Assembly: GCA_964016885.1 (NCBI GenBank)
Contig: CAXHJY010000973.1
Coordinates: 558,001 to 622,000 of the forward strand
Direction: 5' to 3'
From: Eledone cirrhosa
Taxonomy: Eukaryota
DNA: 64,000 nt
Notes under the pieces: generated by a model
What the model saw: only the letters and a program-made list of their open reading frames with translations
The model's database searches: none
What the model was told of the DNA's origin: nothing
Program-made: the position numbers and the translations under genes
Shown: positions 27,901-41,800 of the stretch, piece after piece
Layout: every line of letters starts with the position of its first letter
Numbering within the stretch: the first letter of the stretch is position 1

Positions 27901-29995
27901 TGAACTACTCTGTACTCCAGTGTAACTATATTAACTACTCTGTACTCCAGTGTAACTATATTAACTATTCTGTACGCCAGTGTAACTATATTAACTACTC
28001 TCTACTCCAGCGTAACTATATTAACTACTCTGTACTCCAGTGTAACTATATTAACTACTCTGTAATCCAGTGTAACTATAGTAAGTACTCTGTACCCCAG
28101 TGTAACCATATTAACTACTCTGTACTCCAGTGTAACTATATTAACTATTCTGTACTCCAGTGTAACTATATTAACTACTCTGTACTCCAGTGTAACTATA
28201 TTAACTACTCTCTACTCCAGTGTCACTATATTAACTACTCTGTACCCCAGTGTAACTATATTAACTACTCTCTACTCCAGTGTAACCATAGTAACTACTC
28301 TCTACTCCAGTGTAACTATATTAACTACTCTCTACTCCAGTGTAACCATATTAAATACTCTCTACTCCAGTGTAACTATATAAACTACTCTCTACTCCAG
28401 TGTAATTATAGTAACTACTCTGTACCCCAGTGTAACTATATTAAATACTCTGTACTCCAGTGTAACTATATTAACTACTCTATACTCCAGTGAAACAATA
28501 TTAACTACTCTGTACCCCAGTGTAACTATATTACCTACTCTATACTCCAGTGTAACTATATTAACTACTCTTTACTCCAATGTAACTATATTAACTACTC
28601 TGTACCCCAGTGTAACTATATTAACTACTCTGTACTCCAGTGTAACTATATTAACTACTCTCTACTCCAGTGTAACTATATTAACTACTCTGTACTCCAC
28701 TGAAACTATATTAACTACTCTGTAATCCAGTGTAACTATAGTAACTACTCTGTACCCCAGTGTAACCATATTAACTACTCTGTACTCCAGTGTAACTATA
28801 TTAACTACTCTGTACTCCAGTGTAACTATATTAACTACTCTCTACTCCAGTGTAACCATATTAACTACTCTGTACTCCAGTGTCACCATATTAACTACTC
28901 TATACTTCAGTGTAATTATATTAACTACTCTCTACTCCAGTGTAACTATATTATTAACTACTCTGTACTCCAGTGTAACTATATTACCTACTCTATACTC
29001 CAGTGTAACTATATTAACTACTCTCTACTCCAGTGTAACTATATTAACTACTCTCTACTCCAGTGGAACTATATTAACTACTCTCTACTCCAGTGTAACT
29101 ATATTAACTACTCTGTGCTCCAGTGTAACTATATTAACTACTCTGTACTCCAGTGTAACTATATTAACTACTCTCTACTCCAGTGTAACTATATTAACTA
29201 CTCTATATTCCAGTGTAACTATATTAACTATTCTTTACTCCAGTGTAACTATATTAACTATTCTTTACTCCAGTGTAACTATATTAACCATTCTTTACTC
29301 CAGTGTAACTATATTAACTACTATGTACACCAGTGTAACCATATTATTAACTACTCTGTACTCCAGTGTAACTATATTAACTACTCTGTAATCCAGTGTA
29401 ATTATAGTAAGTACTCTGTACCCCAGTGTAACCATATTAACTACTCTGTACTCCAGTGTAACTATATTAACTATTCTGTACTCCAGTGTAACTATATTAA
29501 CTACTCTCTACTCCAGTGTAACTATATTAACTACTCTCTACTCCAGTGTAACTATATTAACTACTCTGTACCCCAGTGTAACTATATTAACTACTCTCTA
29601 CTCCAGTGTAACCATAATAACTACTCTCTACTCCAGTGTAACTATATTAACTACTCTATAGTCCAGTGTAACTATATTAACTATTTTTACTCCAGTGTAA
29701 CCATATTAACTACTCTATACTTCAGTGTACCTATATTAACTACTCTCTACTCCAGAGTAACTATATTATTAACTACTCTGTACTCCAGTGTAACTATATT
29801 ACCTACTCTATACTCCAGTGTAACTATATTAACTACTCTATAGTCCAGTGTAACTATATTAACTATTCTTTACTCCAGTGTAACTCTATTAACTACTCTG
29901 TACTCCAGTGTAACCATATTAAATACTCTGTACTCCAGTGTAACTATATTAACTACTCTCTACTCCAGTGTAACTATATAAACTACTCTCTACTC
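24995..29995. repeat. Tandem duplication with 2,498-bp unit (about 24995-27495 and 27496-29995)
   Basis: Identical ORF translations at offset 2498 (25402/27900, 26617/29115). Markers ATATGAAC, CCAGCGT, CAGTGGAA, CTGTGCTCC and CCAGAGT recur at +2498. Confidence 0.93.
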
Positions 29996-32900
29996 CAGTG
30001 TAATTATAGTAACTACTCTGTACCCCAGTGTAACTATATTAAATACTCTGTACTCCAGTGTAACTATATTAACTACTCTATACTCCAGTGAAACAATATT
30101 AACTACTCTGTAACCCAGTGTAACTACATTAACTACTCTCTACTCCAGTGTAACTATATTAACTACTCTTTACTCCAGTGTAACTATATTAACTACTCTG
30201 TACCCCAGTGTAACTATATTAACTACTCTGTACTCCAGTGTAACTATATTAACTACTCTCTACTCCAGTGTAACTATATTAACTACTCTGTACTCCAGTG
30301 TAACTATATTAACTACTCTCTACTCCACTGAAACTATATTAACTACTCTGTAATCCAGTGTAACTATAGTAACTACTCTGTACCCCAGTGTAACCATATT
30401 AACTACTCTGTACTCCAGTGTAACTATATTAACTACTCTGTACTCCAGTGTAACTATATTAACTACTCTCTACTCCAGTGTAACTATATTAACTACTCTA
30501 TACTCCAGTGTAACGATATTAACTACTCTTTACTCCAGTGTAACTATATTAACTACTCTGTACCCCAGTGTAACTATATTAACTACTCTGTACTCCAGTG
30601 TAACTATATTAACTACTCTCTACTCCAGTGTAACTATATTAACTACTCTCTACTCCAGTTTAACTATATTAACTACTCTCTACTCCAGTGTAACCATATT
30701 AACTACTCTGTCCTCCAGTGTCACCATATTAACTACTCTATACTTCAGTGTAATTATATTAACTACTCTCTACTCCAGTGTAATTATATTAACTACTCTG
30801 TACTCCAGTGTAACTATATTACCTACTCTATACTCCAGTGTAACTATATTAACTACTCTCTACTCCAGTGTAACTATATTAACTACTCTCTACTCCAGTG
30901 TAACTATATTAACTACTCTGTACTCCAGTGTAACCATATTAACTACTCTGTACTCAAGTGTAACCATATTAACTACTCTGTACTTCAGTGTAACTATATT
31001 AACTACTCTCTACTCCAGTGTAACTATATTAACTACTCTCTACTCTATTGTAACTATATTGACTACTCTGTACCCCAGTGTAACTATATTAACTACTCTG
31101 TACTCCAGTGTAACTATATTAACTACTCTATACTCCAGTGAAACAATATTAACTACTATGTACACCAGTGTAACCATATTATTAACTACTCTGTACTCCA
31201 GTGTAACTATATTAACTACTCTCTACTCCAGTGTAACTATATTAACTACTCTATATTCCAGTGTAACTATATTAACTATTCTTTACTCCAGTGTAACTAT
31301 ATTAACTATTCTTTACTCCAGTGTAACTATATTAACCATTCTTTACTCCAGTGTAACTATATTAACTACTATGTACACCAGTGTAACCATATTATTAACT
31401 ACTCTGTACTCCAGTGTAACTATATTAACTACTCTGTAATCCAGTGTAATTATAGTAAGTACTCTGTACCCCAGTGTAACCATATTAACTACTCTGTACT
31501 CCAGTGTAACTATATTAACTATTCTGTACTCCAGTGTAACTATATTAACTACTCTCTACTCCAGTGTAACTATATTAACTACTCTCTACTCCAGTGTAAC
31601 TATATTAACTACTCTGTACCCCAGTGTAACTATATTAACTACTCTCTACTCCAGTGTAACCATAATAACTACTCTCTACTCCAGTGTAACTATATTAACT
31701 ACTCTATAGTCCAGTGTAACTATATTAACTATTTTTACTCCAGTGTAACCATATTAACTACTCTATACTTCAGTGTACCTATATTAACTACTCTCTACTC
31801 CAGAGTAACTATATTATTAACTACTCTGTACTCCAGTGTAACTATATTACCTACTCTATACTCCAGTGTAACTATATTAACTACTCTATAGTCCAGTGTA
31901 ACTATATTAACTATTCTTTACTCCAGTGTAACTCTATTAACTACTCTGTACTCCAGTGTAACCATATTAAATACTCTGTACTCCAGTGTAACTATATTAA
32001 CTACTCTCTACTCCAGTGTAACTATATAAACTACTCTCTACTCCCGTGTAACTATATTAACTACTCTCTACTCCAGTGTAACTATATTAACTACTCTGTA
32101 CCCCAGTGTAACTATATTAACTACTCTCTACTCCAGTGTAACCATAGTAACTACTCTCTACTCCAGTGTAACTATATTAACTACTCTCTACTCCAGTGTA
32201 ACTATATTACCTACTCTCTACTCCAGTGTAACTATATTAACTATTCTCTACTCCAGTGTAACTATATTAACTATTCTGTACTCCCGTGTAACTATATTAA
32301 CTACTCTCTACTCCAGTGTAACTATATTAACTACTCTGTACCCCAGTGTAACTATATTAACTACTCTCTACTCCAGTGTAACCATAGTAACTACTCTCTA
32401 CTCCAGTGTAACCATATTAACTACGCTGTACTCCAGTGTAACTATATGAACTACTCTGTACTCCAGTGTAACTATATTAACTACTCTGTACTCCAGTGTA
32501 ACTATATTAACTATTCTGTACGCCAGTGTAACTATATTAACTACTCTCTACTCCAGCGTAACTATATTAACTACTCTGTACTCCAGTGTAACTATATTAA
32601 CTACTCTGTAATCCAGTGTAACTATAGTAAGTACTCTGTACCCCAGTGTAACCATATTAACTACTCTGTACTCCAGTGTAACTATATTAACTATTCTGTA
32701 CTCCAGTGTAACTATATTAACTACTCTGTACTCCAGTGTAACTATATTAACTACTCTCTACTCCAGTGTCACTATATTAACTACTCTGTACCCCAGTGTA
32801 ACTATATTAACTACTCTCTACTCCAGTGTAACCATAGTAACTACTCTCTACTCCAGTGTAACTATATTAACTACTCTCTACTCCAGTGTAACCATATTAA

Positions 32901-35747
32901 ATACTCTCTACTCCAGTGTAACTATATAAACTACTCTCTACTCCAGTGTAATTATAGTAACTACTCTGTACCCCAGTGTAACTATATTAAATACTCTGTA
33001 CTCCAGTGTAACTATATTAACTACTCTATACTCCAGTGAAACAATATTAACTACTCTGTACCCCAGTGTAACTATATTACCTACTCTATACTCCAGTGTA
33101 ACTATATTAACTACTCTTTACTCCAATGTAACTATATTAACTACTCTGTACCCCAGTGTAACTATATTAACTACTCTGTACTCCAGTGTAACTATATTAA
33201 CTACTCTCTACTCCAGTGTAACTATATTAACTACTCTGTACTCCACTGAAACTATATTAACTACTCTGTAATCCAGTGTAACTATAGTAACTACTCTGTA
33301 CCCCAGTGTAACCATATTAACTACTCTGTACTCCAGTGTAACTATATTAACTACTCTGTACTCCAGTGTAACTATATTAACTACTCTCTACTCCAGTGTA
33401 ACCATATTAACTACTCTGTACTCCAGTGTCACCATATTAACTACTCTATACTTCAGTGTAATTATATTAACTACTCTCTACTCCAGTGTAACTATATTAT
33501 TAACTACTCTGTACTCCAGTGTAACTATATTACCTACTCTATACTCCAGTGTAACTATATTAACTACTCTCTACTCCAGTGTAACTATATTAACTACTCT
33601 CTACTCCAGTGGAACTATATTAACTACTCTCTACTCCAGTGTAACTATATTAACTACTCTGTGCTCCAGTGTAACTATATTAACTACTCTGTACTCCAGT
33701 GTAACTATATTAACTACTCTCTACTCCAGTGTAACTATATTAACTACTCTATATTCCAGTGTAACTATATTAACTATTCTTTACTCCAGTGTAACTATAT
33801 TAACTATTCTTTACTCCAGTGTAACTATATTAACCATTCTTTACTCCAGTGTAACTATATTAACTACTATGTACACCAGTGTAACCATATTATTAACTAC
33901 TCTGTACTCCAGTGTAACTATATTAACTACTCTGTAATCCAGTGTAATTATAGTAAGTACTCTGTACCCCAGTGTAACCATATTAACTACTCTGTACTCC
34001 AGTGTAACTATATTAACTATTCTGTACTCCAGTGTAACTATATTAACTACTCTCTACTCCAGTGTAACTATATTAACTACTCTCTACTCCAGTGTAACTA
34101 TATTAACTACTCTGTACCCCAGTGTAACTATATTAACTACTCTCTACTCCAGTGTAACCATAATAACTACTCTCTACTCCAGTGTAACTATATTAACTAC
34201 TCTATAGTCCAGTGTAACTATATTAACTATTTTTACTCCAGTGTAACCATATTAACTACTCTATACTTCAGTGTACCTATATTAACTACTCTCTACTCCA
34301 GAGTAACTATATTATTAACTACTCTGTACTCCAGTGTAACTATATTACCTACTCTATACTCCAGTGTAACTATATTAACTACTCTATAGTCCAGTGTAAC
34401 TATATTAACTATTCTTTACTCCAGTGTAACTCTATTAACTACTCTGTACTCCAGTGTAACCATATTAAATACTCTGTACTCCAGTGTAACTATATTAACT
34501 ACTCTCTACTCCAGTGTAACTATATAAACTACTCTCTACTCCAGTGTAATTATAGTAACTACTCTGTACCCCAGTGTAACTATATTAAATACTCTGTACT
34601 CCAGTGTAACTATATTAACTACTCTATACTCCAGTGAAACAATATTAACTACTCTGTAACCCAGTGTAACTACATTAACTACTCTCTACTCCAGTGTAAC
34701 TATATTAACTACTCTTTACTCCAGTGTAACTATATTAACTACTCTGTACCCCAGTGTAACTATATTAACTACTCTGTACTCCAGTGTAACTATATTAACT
34801 ACTCTCTACTCCAGTGTAACTATATTAACTACTCTGTACTCCAGTGTAACTATATTAACTACTCTCTACTCCACTGAAACTATATTAACTACTCTGTAAT
34901 CCAGTGTAACTATAGTAACTACTCTGTACCCCAGTGTAACCATATTAACTACTCTGTACTCCAGTGTAACTATATTAACTACTCTGTACTCCAGTGTAAC
35001 TATATTAACTACTCTCTACTCCAGTGTAACTATATTAACTACTCTATACTCCAGTGTAACGATATTAACTACTCTTTACTCCAGTGTAACTATATTAACT
35101 ACTCTGTACCCCAGTGTAACTATATTAACTACTCTGTACTCCAGTGTAACTATATTAACTACTCTCTACTCCAGTGTAACTATATTAACTACTCTCTACT
35201 CCAGTTTAACTATATTAACTACTCTCTACTCCAGTGTAACCATATTAACTACTCTGTCCTCCAGTGTCACCATATTAACTACTCTATACTTCAGTGTAAT
35301 TATATTAACTACTCTCTACTCCAGTGTAATTATATTAACTACTCTGTACTCCAGTGTAACTATATTACCTACTCTATACTCCAGTGTAACTATATTAACT
35401 ACTCTCTACTCCAGTGTAACTATATTAACTACTCTCTACTCCAGTGTAACTATATTAACTACTCTGTACTCCAGTGTAACCATATTAACTACTCTGTACT
35501 CAAGTGTAACCATATTAACTACTCTGTACTTCAGTGTAACTATATTAACTACTCTCTACTCCAGTGTAACTATATTAACTACTCTCTACTCTATTGTAAC
35601 TATATTGACTACTCTGTACCCCAGTGTAACTATATTAACTACTCTGTACTCCAGTGTAACTATATTAACTACTCTATACTCCAGTGAAACAATATTAACT
35701 ACTATGTACACCAGTGTAACCATATTATTAACTACTCTGTACTCCAG
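26635..35747. repeat. Tandem duplication with 4,546-bp unit (about 26635-31180 and 31181-35747), containing the 2,498-bp junction
   Basis: Offset 4546 for ORFs 27900/32446, 29115/33661 and 31059/35605, for marker CTATATTCCA (26705/31251) and for the chimeric junction base (27499/32045). Confidence 0.92.
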
Positions 35748-35892
35748 TTTAACACTATTATTAACTACTCTGTACTCCAGTGTAACTATATTAACTACTC
35801 TCTACTCCAGTGTAACTATATTAACTACTCTGTACTCCAGTGTAACTATATTAACTACTCTCTACTCCAGTGTAACTATATTAACTACTCTA

Positions 35893-38800
35893 TACTCCAG
35901 TGAAACAATATTAACTAATCTGTACTCCAGTGTAACCATAGTAACTACTCTCTACTCCAGTGTAACCATATTAACTACGCTGTACTCCAGTGTAACCATA
36001 TTAACTACGCTGTACTCCAGTTTAACTATATTAACTACTCTGTACCCCAGTGTAACTATATTAACTACTCTGTACCCCAGTGTAACTATATTAACTACTC
36101 TGTACTCCAGTGTAACTATATTAACTACTCTGTACCCCAGTGTAACTATATTAACTACTCTGTACCCCAGTGTAACCATATTAACTACTCTGTACTTCAG
36201 TGTAACCCTATTATTAACTACTCTCTACTCCAGTGTAACCATATTAACTACTCTGTACTTCAGTGTAACCCTATTATTAACTACTCTGTACTCCAGTGTA
36301 ACTATATTAACTACTCTCTACTCCAGTGTAACTATATTAACTACTCTGTACTCCAGTGTAACTATATTAACTACTCTGTAATCCAGTGTAACTATAGTAA
36401 GTACTCTGTACCCCAGTGTAACCATATTAACTACTCTGTACTCCAGTGTAACTATATTAACTATTCTGTACTCGAGTGTAACTATATTAACTACTCTCTA
36501 CTCCAGTGTAACTATATTAACTACTCTGTACCCCAGTGTAACTATATTAACTACTCTCTACTCCAGTGTAACCATAGTAACTACTCTCTACTCCAGTGTA
36601 ACTATATTAACTACTCTCTACTCCAGTGTAACTATATTAACTACTCTGTACCCCAGTGTAACTATATTAACTACTCTGTACTCCAGTGTAACTATATTAA
36701 CTACTCTATACTCCAGTGAAACAATATTAACTACTATGTACACCAGTGTAACCATATTATTAACTACTCTGTACTCCAGTGTAACCCTATTATTAACTAC
36801 TCTGTACTCCAGTGTAACTATATTAACTACTCTGTACTCCAGTGAAACAATATTAACTAATCTGTACTCCAGTGTAACCATAGTAACTACTCTCTACTCC
36901 AGTGTAACCATATTAACTACGCTGTACTCCAGTGTAACCATATTAACTACGCTGTACTCCAGTGTAACTATATTAACTATTCTGTACGCCAGTGTAACCA
37001 TATTAACTACTCTCTACTCCAGTGTAACTATATTAACTACTCTGTACCCCAGTGTAACTATATTAACTACTCTGTAATCCAGTGTAACTATAGTAAGTAC
37101 TCTGTACCCCAGTGTAACCATATTAACTACTCTGTACTCCAGTGTAACTATATTAACTACTCTCTACTCCAGTGTAACTATATTAACTACTCTGTACCCC
37201 AGTGTAACTATATTAACTACTCTCTACTCCAGTGTAACCATAGTAACTACTCTCTACTCCAGTGTAACTATATTAACTACTCTATACTCCAGTGTAACTA
37301 TATTAACTATTCTTTACTCCAGTGTAACCATATTAACTACTCTGTACTCCAGTGTAACCATATTAACTATTCTATACTTCAGTGTAACTATATTAACTAC
37401 TCTCTACTCCAGTGTAACTATATTATTAACTACTCTGAACTCCAGTGTAACTATATTACCTACTCTATACTCCAATGTAACTATATTAACTATTCTTTAC
37501 TCCAGTGTAACTATATTAACTACTCTGTACTCCAGTGTAACCATATTAACTACTCTGTACTTCAGTGTAACTATATTAACTACTCTCTACTCCAGTGTAA
37601 CTATATTAACTACTCTCTACTCCAGTGTAACCATATTAACTACTCTGTACTCCAGTGTAACTATATTAACTACTCTCTACTCCAGTGTAACTATATTATT
37701 AACTACTCTGAACTCCAGTGTAACTATATTACCTACTCTATACTCCAATGTAACTATAGTAAGTACTCTGTACCCCTGTGTAACCATATTAACTACTCTG
37801 TACTCCAGTGTAACTATATTAACTATTCTGTACTCCAGTGTAACTATATTAACTACTCTCTACTCCAGTGTAACTATATTAACTACTCTCTACTCCAGTG
37901 TAACTATATTAACTACTCTCTACTCCAATGTAACTATATTAACTACTCTGTACTCCAGTGTACCTATATTAACTACTCTCTACTCCAGTGTAACTCTATT
38001 AACTATTCTTTACTCCAGTGTAACTATATTAACTATTCTTTACTCCAGTGTAACTATATTAACTACTCTGTACTCCAGTGTAACCATATTAACTACTCTG
38101 TACTTCAGTGTAACTATATTAACTACTCTCTACTCCAGTGTAACTATATTAACTACTCTCTACCCCAGTGTAACTATATTAACTACTGTGTACTCCAGTG
38201 TAACTATATTAACTACTCTATACTCCAGTGAAACAATATTAACTACTATGTACACCAGTGTAACCATTTTATTAACTACTCTGTACTCCAGTGTAACCCT
38301 ATTATTAACTACTCCGTACTCCAGTGTAACTATATTAACTACTCTATACTCCAGTGAAACAATATTAACTAATCTGTAGTCCAGTGTAACCATATTAACT
38401 ACTCTCTACTCCAGTGTAACCATATTAACTACGCTGTACTCCAGTGTAACCATATTAACTACTCTGTACTCCAGTGTAACTATATTAACTACTCTGTACT
38501 TCAGTGTAACCCTATTATTAACTACTCTGTACTCCAGTGTAACTATAATAACTACTCTCTACTCCAGTGTAACCATAGTAACTACTCTCTGCTCCAGTGT
38601 AACTATATTAACTACTCTGTACTTCAGTGTAACTATATTAACTACTCTGTACTTCAGTGTAACTATATTAACTACTCTGTACTCCAGTGTAACTATATTA
38701 ACTACTCTATACTCCAGTGAAACAATATTAACTACTATGTACACCAGTGTAACCATATTATTAACTACTCTGTACTCCAGTGTATCCCTATTATTAACTA

Positions 38801-41800
38801 CTCCGTACTCCAGTGTAACTATATTAACTACTCTATACTCCAGTGAAACTATATTAACTACTCTCTACTCCAGTGTAACTATATTAACTACTCTGTACTT
38901 CAGTGTAACCCTATTATTAACTACTCTGTACTCCAGTGTAACTATAATAACTACTCTCTACTCCAGTGTAACCATAGTAACTACTCTCTACTCCAGTGTA
39001 ACTATATTAACTACTCTGTACCCCAGTGTAACTATATTAACTACTCTCTACTCCAGTGTAACCATAGTAACTACTCTCTACTCCAGTGTAACTATATTAA
39101 CTACTCTATACTCCAGTGTAACTATATTAACTATTCTTTACTCCAGTGTAACCATATTAACTACTCTGTACTCCAGTGTAACCATATTAACTACTCTATA
39201 CTTCAGTGTAACTATATTAACTACTCTCTACTCCAGTGTAACTATATTAACTACTCTATACTCCAGTGAAACAATATTAACTAATCTGTACTCCAGTGTA
39301 ACCATAGTAACTACTCTCTACTCCAGTGTAACCATATTAACTACGCTGTACTCCAGTGTAACCATATTAACTACGCTGTACTCCAGTGTAACTATATTAA
39401 CTACTCTGTACCCCAGTGTAACTATATTAACTACTCTGTACCCCAGTGTAACTATATTAACTACTCTGTACCCCAGTGTAACCATATTAACTACTCTGTA
39501 CTTCAGTGTAACCCTATTATTAACTACTCTCTACTCCAGTGTAACCATATTAACTACTCTGTACTTCAGTGTAACCCTATTATTAACTACTCTGTACTCC
39601 AGTGTAACTATATTAACTACTCTCTACTCCAGTGTAACTATATTAACTACTCTGTACTCCAGTGTAACTATATTAACTACTCTGTAATCCAGTGTAACTA
39701 TAGTAAGTACTCTGTACCCCAGTGTAACCATATTAACTACTCTGTACTCCAGTGTAACTATATTAACTATTCTGTACTCGAGTGTAACTATATTAACTAC
39801 TCTCTACTCCAGTGTAACTATATTAACTACTCTGTACCCCAGTGTAACTATATTAACTACTCTCTACTCCAGTGTAACCATAGTAACTACTCTCTACTCC
39901 AGTGTAACTATATTAACTACTCTCTACTCCAGTGTAACTATATTAACTACTCTGTACCCCAGTGTAACTATATTAACTACTCTGTACTCCAGTGTAACTA
40001 TATTAACTACTCTATACTCCAGTGAAACAATATTAACTACTATGTACACCAGTGTAACCATATTATTAACTACTCTGTACTCCAGTGTAACCCTATTATT
40101 AACTACTCTGTACTCCAGTGTAACTATATTAACTACTCTGTACTCCAGTGAAACAATATTAACTAATCTGTACTCCAGTGTAACCATAGTAACTACTCTC
40201 TACTCCAGTGTAACCATATTAACTACGCTGTACTCCAGTGTAACCATATTAACTACGCTGTACTCCAGTTTAACTATATTAACTACTCTGTACCCCAGTG
40301 TAACTATATTAACTACTCTGTACCCCAGTGTAACTATATTAACTACTCTGTACTCCAGTGTAACTATATTAACTACTCTGTACCCCAGTGTAACTATATT
40401 AACTACTCTGTACCCCAGTGTAACCATATTAACTACTCTGTACTTCAGTGTAACCCTATTATTAACTACTCTCTACTCCAGTGTAACCATATTAACTACT
40501 CTGTACTTCAGTGTAACCCTATTATTAACTACTCTGTACTCCAGTGTAACTATATTAACTACTCTCTACTCCAGTGTAACTATATTAACTACTCTGTACT
40601 CCAGTGTAACTATATTAACTACTCTGTAATCCAGTGTAACTATAGTAAGTACTCTGTACCCCAGTGTAACCATATTAACTACTCTGTACTCCAGTGTAAC
40701 TATATTAACTATTCTGTACTCGAGTGTAACTATATTAACTACTCTCTACTCCAGTGTAACTATATTAACTACTCTGTACCCCAGTGTAACTATATTAACT
40801 ACTCTCTACTCCAGTGTAACCATAGTAACTACTCTCTACTCCAGTGTAACTATATTAACTACTCTCTACTCCAGTGTAACTATATTAACTACTCTGTACC
40901 CCAGTGTAACTATATTAACTACTCTGTACTCCAGTGTAACTATATTAACTACTCTATACTCCAGTGAAACAATATTAACTACTATGTACACCAGTGTAAC
41001 CATATTATTAACTACTCTGTACTCCAGTGTAACCCTATTATTAACTACTCTGTACTCCAGTGTAACTATATTAACTACTCTGTACTCCAGTGAAACAATA
41101 TTAACTAATCTGTACTCCAGTGTAACCATAGTAACTACTCTCTACTCCAGTGTAACCATATTAACTACGCTGTACTCCAGTGTAACCATATTAACTACGC
41201 TGTACTCCAGTGTAACTATATTAACTATTCTGTACGCCAGTGTAACCATATTAACTACTCTCTACTCCAGTGTAACTATATTAACTACTCTGTACCCCAG
41301 TGTAACTATATTAACTACTCTGTAATCCAGTGTAACTATAGTAAGTACTCTGTACCCCAGTGTAACCATATTAACTACTCTGTACTCCAGTGTAACTATA
41401 TTAACTACTCTCTACTCCAGTGTAACTATATTAACTACTCTGTACCCCAGTGTAACTATATTAACTACTCTCTACTCCAGTGTAACCATAGTAACTACTC
41501 TCTACTCCAGTGTAACTATATTAACTACTCTATACTCCAGTGTAACTATATTAACTATTCTTTACTCCAGTGTAACCATATTAACTACTCTGTACTCCAG
41601 TGTAACCATATTAACTATTCTATACTTCAGTGTAACTATATTAACTACTCTCTACTCCAGTGTAACTATATTATTAACTACTCTGAACTCCAGTGTAACT
41701 ATATTACCTACTCTATACTCCAATGTAACTATATTAACTATTCTTTACTCCAGTGTAACTATATTAACTACTCTGTACTCCAGTGTAACCATATTAACTA

